From Spirochaetia bacterium (GTDB lineage Bacteria; Spirochaetota; Spirochaetia; CAKZLE01), in the NCBI GenBank assembly GCA_963677595.1, contig OY782041.1, positions 608,001-672,000 on the forward strand: a stretch of DNA of 64,000 nucleotides. The letters run 5' to 3'. The notes under the pieces are model-generated. The model was not told where the DNA came from. It worked only from the letters and a program-made list of their open reading frames with translations, and did no database searches. Below are positions 28,088 through 37,809 of the stretch, one piece after another. The position numbers and the translations under genes were made by a program. Numbering within the stretch: the first letter of the stretch is position 1; each line of letters starts with the position of its first letter.

Positions 28088-29251
28088 ATGAGGCCAATGA
28101 ATATTGGGATTATCGGACTCGGAGATATCAGTACAGCATATATCGAGAACCTGAAACAGTTTCCTCAGGTCCATCTGCTTGCCTGTGCCAGCAGGGGTAT
28201 AGAGAAGGCACGCGCTGCTGCAGGGAAGTTCGGGATCGAACGCCCGTATGCATCTGCAGACGAGCTCATTGCCGACAACGATGTGGATATCATCCTGAAC
28301 CTCACCATTCCGGCAGTACACGGCAAGTACAATATCGCAGCACTCAAGGCAGGGAAGCATCTGTATTCTGAAAAACCCCTTGCCGGCACCCTCGAGGAGG
28401 CAGACGAGATCATTACCCTGGCATCCTCCAAGGGGCTTACGGTAGGATGCGCCCCCGATACTTTTCTCGGCGGGCGGCTGCAGACTTGCAGAAAGATCAT
28501 CGATGACGGGACGATCGGGGAGATCATCGGAGCCGGGGGGTATTGCCTCTATCATGGAGTCGATACGTTCCATAATTCTCCCTTCTTCTATTTCAAGGAA
28601 GGGGCAGGTCCCCTCCTCGATATAGGCCCCTATTACATGAGTGCCCTGCTCTCCCTGATGGGGCCGGTACGGCGCTGCAGTGCCATGGCAAGGAAAGGTT
28701 CAGATACCCGTACCGTTCTCGGCGGTCCCCACAAAGGAGAGACGATCGATGTAGAGGTCGATACCCACATCATCGGGAATCTCGAGTTCACAAGCGGTGC
28801 ACTGGGGAATATCATCACCAGTTTTGATGTCTGGGATTCCGAGATGCCGCGTATCGAGATCTACGGCACGAAGGGAACGATCTGTATCCGTGATCCTGAT
28901 CCGCTTGACGGGCCGAACCTCTTCGGGGGAAACGTCCTGCTCAAGACAGAGAAGGAATACCGCTGGTATGGCTTCCCGAGAGATGACAACCCATCACCCT
29001 GGATCGATGTCCCCCTGACTCATCCCTTCGTTTCTACGAGTCATGCAAAGAACAGCCGGGGCATCGGGGTTGTCGAGATGGTCAAAGCAATCGGAGAAGG
29101 TCGTACACCCAGGGCAAGCGGTGAGCTGGCTTACCACTCGTTGGAAGTGATGCTCAAGATGCTGCGATCAGCCTCGGAGGGGAGGTTCTTCGAGATCGAC
29201 AGTACCTTCACCCTTCCTGAAGCACTGCCTGCAGACTACCTGACGCCCTAA
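28088..29251 (+). CDS. Gfo/Idh/MocA family oxidoreductase
   Basis: GLGDIS, HLYSEKP, GCAPDTFLGG and GPLLDIGPYY motifs. Confidence 0.9.
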   Translation: MRPMNIGIIGLGDISTAYIENLKQFPQVHLLACASRGIEKARAAAGKFGIERPYASADELIADNDVDIILNLTIPAVHGKYNIAALKAGKHLYSEKPLAGTLEEADEIITLASSKGLTVGCAPDTFLGGRLQTCRKIIDDGTIGEIIGAGGYCLYHGVDTFHNSPFFYFKEGAGPLLDIGPYYMSALLSLMGPVRRCSAMARKGSDTRTVLGGPHKGETIDVEVDTHIIGNLEFTSGALGNIITSFDVWDSEMPRIEIYGTKGTICIRDPDPLDGPNLFGGNVLLKTEKEYRWYGFPRDDNPSPWIDVPLTHPFVSTSHAKNSRGIGVVEMVKAIGEGRTPRASGELAYHSLEVMLKMLRSASEGRFFEIDSTFTLPEALPADYLTP

Positions 29252-29266
29252 ACAGCAGCGCTATGA

Positions 29267-30121
29267 TCATTTCCGGAACTGCGGGGGGACATCTCCCACG
29301 TTGAACCCGTGTTCATAGATATACTCAGGGGTGAACCCGATCCGGTAGTTATCATCAAGTGAGGAGATGACTGCAAGGTCATCCTCCGATAATGAGAATC
29401 CCAGGATATCATAGTTCTTACGGATTCTTTCAGCATGTGTGCTCTTTGGGAGGGCAAGGATGTCGTTCTGCAAGTGCCATCGCAGCGTGATCTGCTCAGG
29501 GCTCTTTCGGTGAGCTTCTGCCAGCTCGGCTATCTTCGGGATCTCTGAGACCCCGCCCCGCATGAGCGGCGACCATGCCTGTATGAGGATCCCCTGTTCC
29601 CTGCAGAACTCCCTGAGTTCCCTCTGCTGGAGCCTGGGGTGGAGTTCCACCTGGTTCACGGCCGGCTTGATCCTGCAGACTGACAGCAGTTCCTCCAGCT
29701 GTGCTATGCTGTAGTTACTGACTCCGATCGCTCTGACCTGCCCTTCACTGTGAAGCTGTTCGAGAGCACGCCAGGACTCGAGGGCCAGCGGTCGCGGCCA
29801 GTGGATGAGATAGAGGTCGATGTACCCGATATCGAGCTGCTCCATCGAGGAGGTGAAAGCTCTCATGGTAGCATCGTACCCAAGATCATCCATCCATACC
29901 TTAGTGGTAACGAAGACCTCCTCACGCGGGATACCGCTCTCCCGCACTGCCGCACCGACACCGGATTCGTTCTGGTAATATGATGCGGTATCGATCAACC
30001 GGTATCCAGTCTGCAGGGCTTCCCCCACGACTCGGCGAGCCTCTTCGGGGGGAACCTTGAAACTCCCGAATCCCAGTGAGGGGATCGGAATGGTGTTATA
30101 GAGAGAAAAATGAGTGTCCAA
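29267..30121 (-). CDS. Aldo/keto reductase (2,5-DKG reductase/YvgN-like)
   Basis: IDTASYYQNE, VTTKVW, LYLIHWP, IGVSNY, NQVELHP and LPKS motifs. Confidence 0.92.
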   Translation of the reverse strand: MDTHFSLYNTIPIPSLGFGSFKVPPEEARRVVGEALQTGYRLIDTASYYQNESGVGAAVRESGIPREEVFVTTKVWMDDLGYDATMRAFTSSMEQLDIGYIDLYLIHWPRPLALESWRALEQLHSEGQVRAIGVSNYSIAQLEELLSVCRIKPAVNQVELHPRLQQRELREFCREQGILIQAWSPLMRGGVSEIPKIAELAEAHRKSPEQITLRWHLQNDILALPKSTHAERIRKNYDILGFSLSEDDLAVISSLDDNYRIGFTPEYIYEHGFNVGDVPPQFRK

Positions 30122-30222
30122 TGATTTCTTCCTTTCTCGTGACCAGGATTTCGAGTTGGCACCTCAGGGTTCATGGGTGGTCCGGGAAAGGGGCTCTCCT
30201 CACGGAGAGTCCCTCTTTGATT

Positions 30223-31065
30223 CTATTTCTGTCCTTCAAGTACCTCATCAAGAGGGGCATCCGGCCAGATGGCAGCCTTAGGATCCATGACCCAGGCATG
30301 TTCATTGCGGAAATTCCGTGAATCAGGTCCGAATTTATCAGCAGGCAGGTGGGGAATGATCCAGATATAGTACATCGCATACCCAGGTGCTGCGCATTGG
30401 GAATGGGTGACCCCTGGCGGGATCGCATAGGTATCCCCATTCTTCACTTTGTATACGTCATCTTCAAGCTCGGCATGTCCCCAACCCTGTTCCGGGAAGA
30501 ACCGGTAGTGGTAGATCTCTCTCTGAGGATGGTCATGGGGCGGATAGCTGGACCACTTCCCCGGGAAATTTATGACCTCCCCAAGCACGAATGCTGAATC
30601 TTCCGCAGTTGCCGCATCGAAGAAAGTACGCACCAGCCGGGTACTCGTATCCTGCAGGGTCCCCTCCCCGAACCGGTCAGCACGGTACTGCCCTGGTTCC
30701 CAGAGACGCGGGTGAAACTGTTTCTCATTCACCACAGCGGTGACTGCCAGTTCGGAACGGTCGGAAAGTCCTTTCAGCTCCACTCGGGTACCAGCCGGGA
30801 CATGGAGCACTACAGGATCATCTTCCAGGACATTCACCCTTCCAGCTTCTATGGAAACCGGTCCGTCCTCCCCTGCCCAGCCCATCTGGATCGTCCCAGA
30901 CATGAGCAGGAACGCACGTTCCGTTCCCTCTTCATTCAGATAGGACTCTCCCTCACTCAGGACCAGTATCCCGAAATCTGTCATCCAATCAGCATATTCG
31001 CCGGTCATCTTCGTCACCGGTGTATACCCGGGTCCGAACTGTTTCTTCTCATTCCGTATGATCAT
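30223..31065 (-). CDS. iolB: 5-deoxy-glucuronate isomerase
   Basis: LGEVINFPGKWSSYPPHDH, EIYHYRF and AAPGYAMYYIW motifs. Start MIIRN follows GGGAGG. Confidence 0.9.
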   Translation of the reverse strand: MIIRNEKKQFGPGYTPVTKMTGEYADWMTDFGILVLSEGESYLNEEGTERAFLLMSGTIQMGWAGEDGPVSIEAGRVNVLEDDPVVLHVPAGTRVELKGLSDRSELAVTAVVNEKQFHPRLWEPGQYRADRFGEGTLQDTSTRLVRTFFDAATAEDSAFVLGEVINFPGKWSSYPPHDHPQREIYHYRFFPEQGWGHAELEDDVYKVKNGDTYAIPPGVTHSQCAAPGYAMYYIWIIPHLPADKFGPDSRNFRNEHAWVMDPKAAIWPDAPLDEVLEGQK

Positions 31066-31146
31066 GAACCATCCTCCCTGCATTCTCTCATCTGTATAGC
31101 TGGTTGTGGAATACCACATGTATAAGACCAACCATGTTTTGTGTTA

Positions 31147-31201
31147 TCATCCTATTGTCATACAATACAAACAGTATAGAGGCTGTCTGTCCTCTTGTCA
31201 A
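31147..31201 (-). promoter_or_regulatory. iolB promoter with downstream candidate operator
   Basis: On -: TTGACA-17-TATACT, then ATTGTATGACAATAGGATGA. Confidence 0.65.
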
Positions 31202-31310
31202 ACAGGAAGATGCACGAATTCATACTTTTTATAAGAAAGCCCGAATCTCTCTTTCTCAGGGAGCAAAGGGACACAGAAAGAGAAAATCTGCTGATATCAT
31301 AAGAAATTGG

Positions 31311-31348
31311 TTGACTTCTTGTAATCATATTGTATGATAATCATACGT
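31311..31348 (+). promoter_or_regulatory. Promoter and candidate operator of the isomerase-iolH operon
   Basis: TTGACT-16-TATGAT overlapped by ATTGTATGATAATCATACGT; also contains TCATA-N3-TATGA. Confidence 0.6.
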
Positions 31349-31381
31349 ATTAAAATAAAAATACGAAAAGCGAGGATAGCT

Positions 31382-32323
31382 ATGAAATTAGGACTATGCA
31401 CAGATGTGTTGGGAGATCTTTCTTTTCCAGACATGTTGGATAAGGTCAAGTCGTATGGGATCGAGTATGTCGAGATGACTGCAGGTGGCTGGGCAGGCTG
31501 CCCGCATGTCAAGACTGCTGAACTCCTGGCTGATCCTGAGAAGCTCAAGGCATTCCAGGCAGAACTTGATAAAAGGGGAATGAAGATCGGAGCCCTCAAC
31601 TGCTCTGGAAACCCGCTTGCTCCAGGAGAACTGGGAGAGCTCCATACGAAGACATCGTATGCGACTGTTGAGCTTGCAGGCAAACTCGGTGTTAAGAAGA
31701 TCGTCATGATGTCCGGTCTGCCTGGTGGGGCTCCCGGCGATATGACACCGAACTGGATCACCTCGACCATCTCCTGGCCGGACTACATGCCGGGAGTCGT
31801 TGAATACCAGTGGAATGAGGTAGCGATCCCTTGGTGGAAGAAGTTCGTCGCACATGCTAAGGCCCATGGTGTGGAGCAGATCGCCATAGAGGAGTTCCCG
31901 AGCCAGTTGGTCTATAATGTGGAGACCCTCATGAAACTCCGCAATGCAGTGGATGACATGATCGGGATGAACCTTGATCCTTCCCATATGATCATCCTTG
32001 GAGCTGACCCGATAGCCGCAGCACGGGCCCTCGGTAGTGCCATCTATCATGTCCACGGCAAGGATGCTCGCATAGAGCGCGGCCTTGCCGATATCAACGG
32101 GCTCCAGGAGTCCAAACATGTTACGGAATCGGCTTCCAGGACATGGAACTACGTTGCTGTGGGTTGTGGACAGAACATGCAGTGGTGGAAGGAATTCTTC
32201 TCTGTCGTCGGGATGATGGGCTACGATGGGGTCGTCTCTCTTGAGATGGAAGACCTCACGATGTCCGTTGAGGCAGGTCTGCAGACCAGCATCGACGCAC
32301 TGAACCAGTCGATCATCAAATAA
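31382..32323 (+). CDS. Sugar phosphate isomerase/epimerase (AP-endonuclease 2 TIM barrel)
   Basis: LNCSGNPL, MSGLPGG, MNLDPSH, YHVHGKD and VSLEMED metal ligands. Start MKLGL follows GAGGA. Confidence 0.88.
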   Translation: MKLGLCTDVLGDLSFPDMLDKVKSYGIEYVEMTAGGWAGCPHVKTAELLADPEKLKAFQAELDKRGMKIGALNCSGNPLAPGELGELHTKTSYATVELAGKLGVKKIVMMSGLPGGAPGDMTPNWITSTISWPDYMPGVVEYQWNEVAIPWWKKFVAHAKAHGVEQIAIEEFPSQLVYNVETLMKLRNAVDDMIGMNLDPSHMIILGADPIAAARALGSAIYHVHGKDARIERGLADINGLQESKHVTESASRTWNYVAVGCGQNMQWWKEFFSVVGMMGYDGVVSLEMEDLTMSVEAGLQTSIDALNQSIIK

Positions 32324-32387
32324 CAGGCTGCCCTGATGCATATCAGGGTACAGCTGTGCTCAGAAGCAGTTTCAAAAGGAGGAACGT

Positions 32388-33281
32388 ATGAAAATAGCAT
32401 TCGATGTGGACGTCCTGAGAAGGGACCATACCATCACCGAGATGGTGCACCAGGTCGCTGACTGGGGATTCAAGTATATCGAGCAGTCTCCGCACGACCA
32501 GATCAATCCGTTCTACAAACATCCCCTCTTCTCCAGGGAAGTGGAACAGGAATACCGTAAAGCACTCAAGGAGACCGGTGTCGAGATCTCTTCGTTCATC
32601 GTCGTGTATCGATGGAGCGGCCCGACGGAGGTACAGCGGCAGCATGCGGTCGCGAACTGGAAGAGGATCATTGAGATTGCCGACAGCATGGGAGTCAGGG
32701 TCATCAACACCGAGCTCTCAGGGGACCCGAACCAGCAGGAAATATGCAACGGCATGTTCTTCAGGTCAATGGAGGAACTGCTTCCCCTGTTCGAGAAATA
32801 TGACATCAGGATGGAGATCCAGGCGCATCCCTACGACTTCTGCGAACTCAATGACGAGACCTGCGACCTGGTGAAGTCATTCAGATCCGATAACGTGAAA
32901 TATGTCTATTCGGCATCCCATGGGTTCTACTACGATGAAGGAAAAGGCGATGTGCGGCATATGCTGAACTATGCCGGTGGTGACTTGTCCCATGTCTTGA
33001 TCGCCGATACCTGGAACCATACAGCTCTTGCCGGTGCAGGCCTCAGATATATAATCAATCCCCCAGGAGTCGATGCCGTCATACACCAGCACACTGCGAT
33101 GGGTGTAGGAGAAGTCGACTTCGAAGGAATCTTCGGCACCCTCAAGGAGATGGATTTCGCAAACAGGAATTTCAAGGTCGGCGGGGACGCGATCGTCTGC
33201 GTCTCCTATTTCGGCTTCCCAGAGACCGTCGGCAAAGACGCGATCGCAGCACGAGAGAGGATCGAGAAAGAACTGCTCTAG
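32388..33281 (+). CDS. iolH: IolH-like TIM-barrel protein
   Basis: PFYKHP, YRWSGP, QAHPYDF, ADTWNH, LRYIINPP and HQH match Bacillus IolH motifs as recalled. Confidence 0.85.
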   Translation: MKIAFDVDVLRRDHTITEMVHQVADWGFKYIEQSPHDQINPFYKHPLFSREVEQEYRKALKETGVEISSFIVVYRWSGPTEVQRQHAVANWKRIIEIADSMGVRVINTELSGDPNQQEICNGMFFRSMEELLPLFEKYDIRMEIQAHPYDFCELNDETCDLVKSFRSDNVKYVYSASHGFYYDEGKGDVRHMLNYAGGDLSHVLIADTWNHTALAGAGLRYIINPPGVDAVIHQHTAMGVGEVDFEGIFGTLKEMDFANRNFKVGGDAIVCVSYFGFPETVGKDAIAARERIEKELL

Positions 33282-33305
33282 CATGTATGGCACTATAAGA
33301 AGGTT

Positions 33306-33332
33306 ACGGGTTCCTGCTTGTCAGGAACCCGT
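33306..33332. terminator. Bidirectional hairpin terminator
   Basis: ACGGGTTCCTG-CTTGT-CAGGAACCCGT 11-bp stem between convergent operons. Confidence 0.75.
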
Positions 33333-33362
33333 TCTATTTGCTTTCGGGACCCATTAAACGGT

Positions 33363-33845
33363 TCAGCTCAGTCCATTGTATTCCCGTATGGAGTCAACAA
33401 CAACCATATGGTCATCGACATGGTTCGGCAGCCCGGAGACACATATGGATCCGATACAGCCAGTCCCCCTGATGTTGATTGGATACCCGCCTCCTCCTGC
33501 CGCATAGTCATCAGGGGCCAGCTTCCGATCCTCGAGGGTCGCACCATACGCTTCAAGCCAGTATTTGAAGCGAAGGCTTGACATCTCCATCAGCTCGACA
33601 CTGTTTCGTTTCCTGACCATCCACAGCTCACTGTCCTTCCTGCTGCCGTCAGGGAAGTACCTGAACACCACCAGCCCATTGACCGTGATCTCGATGGTAA
33701 GGGGATCACTGAACCGTTCTCCTGCCTTCTTGTTGATGATCAGGGCAAGTGCCAGCGCATCGCTCCTGCTGAAGGAGGAGAACATCAGCTGCTGTTCCTC
33801 CTGTTCAAGACTCGCATTATTCAATTCCATCTTTTCAGGGATCAT
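33363..33845 (-). CDS. UPF0303 / heme-degrading (GlcG/HbpS-like) domain protein
   Basis: QEEQQLMF..FS...A, W..RKRNSV, YAAGGGGYPI and CVSGLP..DDH motifs; AGGAGG RBS before 33845. Confidence 0.8.
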   Translation of the reverse strand: MIPEKMELNNASLEQEEQQLMFSSFSRSDALALALIINKKAGERFSDPLTIEITVNGLVVFRYFPDGSRKDSELWMVRKRNSVELMEMSSLRFKYWLEAYGATLEDRKLAPDDYAAGGGGYPINIRGTGCIGSICVSGLPNHVDDHMVVVDSIREYNGLS

Positions 33846-33957
33846 ACACAAACCTCCTAATTCTGCTACGATATGGTTTACAGCACAAAAAACCTCCCAC
33901 CGGACACACCAGCAGGAGGATATTTTCATAATTAGATGAGCAGTAACTTCGTTTTGA

Positions 33958-34926
33958 TTATTTCTTACCGCCCTTCATCGACTTCGTCGTGACATCCATG
34001 ATAACAGCAACAAGGATGATCACACCCTTAAGGATCTGCTGCCAGTAGGGTGACACGTTGGTCAGGTTCAGGATGTTCTTGAGGATCCCGACGATGAGCC
34101 CGCCGACGAGCGTGCCGGCGATCGACCCCACACCACCGGAGAGACTCGTACCACCGATGACTGCCATGGTGATCGCATCAAGCTCGTAAGTGAGACCTGC
34201 AGCAGGCTGCCCTGAGTTGATTCGCGACATCAGGATGACACCGGCAAGACCGACGAGACTCCCGTTCAGGACGAAGGTCAGGATCTTCACCTTGTTAACA
34301 TTGACACCGGATGCGATCGCCGCCTCCTCATTGCCGCCGATAGCGAAGATATACCGGCCGAACCTGGTCCGCTTCGACAGGATGATCATGAGTACGAACA
34401 CGATCAGCATGATGACGACGGGGATGGGGATCCCAAGGAAGAACCCTTTACCGAACGTGCTGAACTTATCGATATCGATGATCGGGTAGCCTCCCGTATA
34501 CAGGAGGGCAAGACCTCGTGCAGCTGTCATCATGGCAAGCGTCACGATGAAGGGAGGAAGGCGGAACTTGGTGATGACCACCCCGTTGAACAGTCCCGTC
34601 GCGGCACCAGTGAGGACACCGACGATAAGGCCGATCCAGGGGGACCCGGTTGCGACGAAGGCACTCGTTCCGATGACACCCGCCAGGGCAACTACCGACC
34701 CCGAGGAGAGATCGATCATTCCAGAGATAATGACGAGAGTGACACCATACGCGATGATGACGATGATGGACATCTGCCTCAAGACATTAAGGATATTGGT
34801 AACTGTTAGGAATACCGGTGACAGGATCGTCGATATGATGATCATGAAAGCCAAGATGAACAGATATCCGTAATTCGCGAATAACTGTCTGAAAACGATT
34901 TTTCTACCAAATGTCCCTTTGCTCAT
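33958..34926 (-). CDS. Monosaccharide/inositol ABC transporter permease
   Basis: IDLSSGS, PPFIVTLA, AIGGNEEAA...SGV and VIGGTSLSGG motifs. Confidence 0.93.
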   Translation of the reverse strand: MSKGTFGRKIVFRQLFANYGYLFILAFMIIISTILSPVFLTVTNILNVLRQMSIIVIIAYGVTLVIISGMIDLSSGSVVALAGVIGTSAFVATGSPWIGLIVGVLTGAATGLFNGVVITKFRLPPFIVTLAMMTAARGLALLYTGGYPIIDIDKFSTFGKGFFLGIPIPVVIMLIVFVLMIILSKRTRFGRYIFAIGGNEEAAIASGVNVNKVKILTFVLNGSLVGLAGVILMSRINSGQPAAGLTYELDAITMAVIGGTSLSGGVGSIAGTLVGGLIVGILKNILNLTNVSPYWQQILKGVIILVAVIMDVTTKSMKGGKK

Positions 34927-36431
34927 TTTTTTCCTCCCGTAGCAAGACGCATGATACTCTCCTGAGATGCATCTTTGCGGTCTATAATTCCTTTTAGTTT
35001 TCCTTCATGCATGACTGCAATCCTATCACTCATGCCCAGTATCTCCGGCAGCTCGGATGAGATCATGATGACCGCCATCCCGTTTCCAGCAAGCTCACTG
35101 AGCAGGCGGTGAATCTCTGATTTAGCTCCGACATCGATACCGCGGGTAGGTTCATCTACGATCAGCACATTGACAGGCCGCATCAACCATTTGCCGATAA
35201 CAACCTTCTGCTGGTTACCCCCGCTGAGGTTCTTCACAGCCACATCCAGGCTGTGTGTCTTGATCTGGTAGCGTTCCTTGGCAGCTTCAGCCTCTTCACG
35301 CTCATACTTCATATTGAGCAGACCATACTTGGTGAACATCTTCAGGCTTGCAAGTGAGAGGTTCTCGAGAATGGGCCGTTCAAGCACCAAACCGATGGCC
35401 TTCCTGTCCTCGGGAAGATATACCAGCCCTTTCTCGATCGCATGGTACGGCTTCGTTCCCTCGTACGGGAGTCCTTCGAGAAACATCTCCCCGGAATCCA
35501 GCGGATCAAGACCAAAGATAGCACGAGCTACTTCAGTACGGCCGGCTCCCATGAGGCCTGAGAACCCAATGATCTCACCATGTCGTACAGTGAAGCTGAC
35601 ATCCTCAAAGACGCCTTCCCTGTTCAAGCCCTTTGCCTCGAAAGCGATATCGCCGATCTCAGTCTCCATCTTTGGGAACAGGTTCGTTAACTCACGTCCG
35701 ACCATCATGGTGATCAGTTCATCCTCTGTCATATCGGTGATCGGACGGGTATCGACCCACGTTCCGTCACGCATGACCGTGATATCATCAGAGATCTCGA
35801 AGATCTCATTCAGCTTATGTGATATATAGACGAACGTGATACCTTTGGCCTTCAGATCGTTGATGAGCTGGAACAGCGTCGCGACTTCCGTCTCGGTGAT
35901 CGCTGATGTAGGCTCATCGAGTACGATCAGCGTCGACCCGCGGTTGATACCTTTCGAGATCTCGACCATCTGCTGCTGTGAGACACTCAATGTCCTCAGC
36001 GGAGCCTTCGGTGAGAAATCTCCCAGGCCGACTGATGCCAGGTAGCCTTTCGTCTCCTCGTTCATCGCCTTGATGTCAGTGAATATCTTCTTGGAATCAA
36101 GCATCTCGCGGCCAAGGAACATATTCTCGGCGATCGTCATATCAGGGACAAGGTTCAACTCCTGGTATACGGTCGAGATCCCTGCGAGGAGTGAATCCCT
36201 CGGGTTCTGGATATGGAGCAGATTCCCGTCGAAGTAGATCTCGCCGCTGTCAGGGATGTGCTCTCCGGCCAGGACCTTCATGAGGGTGGACTTCCCTGCA
36301 CCGTTCTCCCCGATGAGGGCGTGTACAGTTCCCGGTCGAACATTGAATGTAACGTTATCAACAGCTTTTACACCAGGAAATGTTTTCGTTATATTGCGCA
36401 TCTCCAATAAAAACTCTTCGTTGGCAGCCAA
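34923..36431 (-). CDS. Monosaccharide/inositol ABC transporter ATP-binding protein (RbsA/MglA type)
   Basis: GENGAGKST, DEPT, LSGGNQQK and DEPTRGIDVGAK motifs; TTG start. Confidence 0.93.
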   Translation of the reverse strand: MAANEEFLLEMRNITKTFPGVKAVDNVTFNVRPGTVHALIGENGAGKSTLMKVLAGEHIPDSGEIYFDGNLLHIQNPRDSLLAGISTVYQELNLVPDMTIAENMFLGREMLDSKKIFTDIKAMNEETKGYLASVGLGDFSPKAPLRTLSVSQQQMVEISKGINRGSTLIVLDEPTSAITETEVATLFQLINDLKAKGITFVYISHKLNEIFEISDDITVMRDGTWVDTRPITDMTEDELITMMVGRELTNLFPKMETEIGDIAFEAKGLNREGVFEDVSFTVRHGEIIGFSGLMGAGRTEVARAIFGLDPLDSGEMFLEGLPYEGTKPYHAIEKGLVYLPEDRKAIGLVLERPILENLSLASLKMFTKYGLLNMKYEREEAEAAKERYQIKTHSLDVAVKNLSGGNQQKVVIGKWLMRPVNVLIVDEPTRGIDVGAKSEIHRLLSELAGNGMAVIMISSELPEILGMSDRIAVMHEGKLKGIIDRKDASQESIMRLATGGKK

Positions 36432-36617
36432 TTGTAACCTCCTTTTGGCAATGCAGTCTCCCCTGCTGCAGAAACAAGGTTCACTGCATCACTTCGTAGT
36501 GAATTGAACCGAACAATCTCAGCTGGGCCATCAAGATATGCCCGAAAACTCCAGGTCATGCACCTGATAGTCTAGCCCAGACTATTCAATCCAGCAGATC
36601 GGCATAGGCATGAGGGA

Positions 36618-36651
36618 GGATATGCCGGAACAGTAGTATTCCGGCATATCC
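36618..36651 (-). other. Strong intercistronic hairpin after the SBP gene (mRNA stabiliser or partial terminator)
   Basis: GGATATGCCGGAA-CAGTAGTA-TTCCGGCATATCC 13-bp stem. Confidence 0.7.
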
Positions 36652-36680
36652 CATAACCATTTGCCTTTGGTGTTTACCTA

Positions 36681-37601
36681 TTAATCATCCGGGTTGGTCG
36701 AATCGATCGGGTAGAACGGAACGATATATCGCTGGCCGCCGCCTTCACCGTTTGCCATCATCTGGGCAACTTCAGCACCCTTGGCGCCCTGGCCCTTAGC
36801 ATCCTGGACTACAGACATGGTCATCTCACCAGCCTTGAGAGCTGAACGAGCACCATCGGTACCATCAATACCGGTGACCATCACGCCTTCAAGACGACCT
36901 GCGCCCTTCAGGGCTTCGATAGCACCAAGAGCCATCTGGTCATTTGCAGCCACGACGAGGTCGATCTCAGGGAATGCCTGGATCCAGTCTTCCATGACGT
37001 TCATACCAAGGTCTCTTCGGTAGTCACCGGTCTGGCTTGCAAGGAGCTCGATGTCAGGTCGCTTGTCGATCAGGTTATCCATGACAGCACCTTTTCGTGC
37101 GATCGAGTGCTCCATTCCTGGTGAACCTTCAAGGATCACGACCTTACCACCTTGTGGGACCTTGTCAATGAAGTAGTTTGCCTGGATAAGACCAGCATCA
37201 TAGTTCATACTACCGACATATGCGTACATAGGTCCTTCGTAGTTACACTCTGAATTGACACCGACAACGGGGATACCGGCTTCGATCGCTTCCTTCACTA
37301 CAGGCACAAGGGCTTCAGCATCGAGGAAACTGATTGCGATGACATCGACCTGCTGGGAGATGAATGTCTCAACGGCAGCGACCTGCTGGGCTGTATCCAG
37401 GTTAGGGTCGATCACATTGACCTTCATACCGAGAGCCTCTGCAGCTGCTACGAACTCATTCTTCAATCCATTCTGGAACACATCAGCAGCACCATGGAAC
37501 GTATACCCTACTGTGAGCGTACCATCGTCTTTCTGACCTTGAGCGAACACCCCACCCGTAACCAGTACGAGCACCACAAGAACAACTAAAAACTTTTTCA
37601 T
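36681..37601 (-). CDS. Sugar ABC transporter substrate-binding protein (RbsB-like, probably inositol)
   Basis: Signal peptide, AGIPVV, ANDQMALGA and GIDG motifs. Confidence 0.9.
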   Translation of the reverse strand: MKKFLVVLVVLVLVTGGVFAQGQKDDGTLTVGYTFHGAADVFQNGLKNEFVAAAEALGMKVNVIDPNLDTAQQVAAVETFISQQVDVIAISFLDAEALVPVVKEAIEAGIPVVGVNSECNYEGPMYAYVGSMNYDAGLIQANYFIDKVPQGGKVVILEGSPGMEHSIARKGAVMDNLIDKRPDIELLASQTGDYRRDLGMNVMEDWIQAFPEIDLVVAANDQMALGAIEALKGAGRLEGVMVTGIDGTDGARSALKAGEMTMSVVQDAKGQGAKGAEVAQMMANGEGGGQRYIVPFYPIDSTNPDD

Positions 37602-37809
37602 AGAACCTCCTAAAGTTTTTCGTATCGGCTTTTCCCCGATACATTGTTTTCTGTTAAATATTATTATTACATCAAATTAGTCAGTTGTCCAGTATTTTCT
37701 GATTGTCTGAACATCTGATTAATAGATATAAAAATATCTTCCCTATCTTTTTCTACCGAAAAAGAATACTTCTCAATCTTACCTGTATGTTAGGAAGGAA
37801 ACCTCAGCA

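Noticed and set aside
31394-32341. Long antisense ORFs (e.g. 31394-32341, 39565-40662, 7406-8179, 2545-3249)
   Set aside because: They are shadows of well-supported genes on the opposite strand, expected from codon bias, and carry no recognisable motifs.
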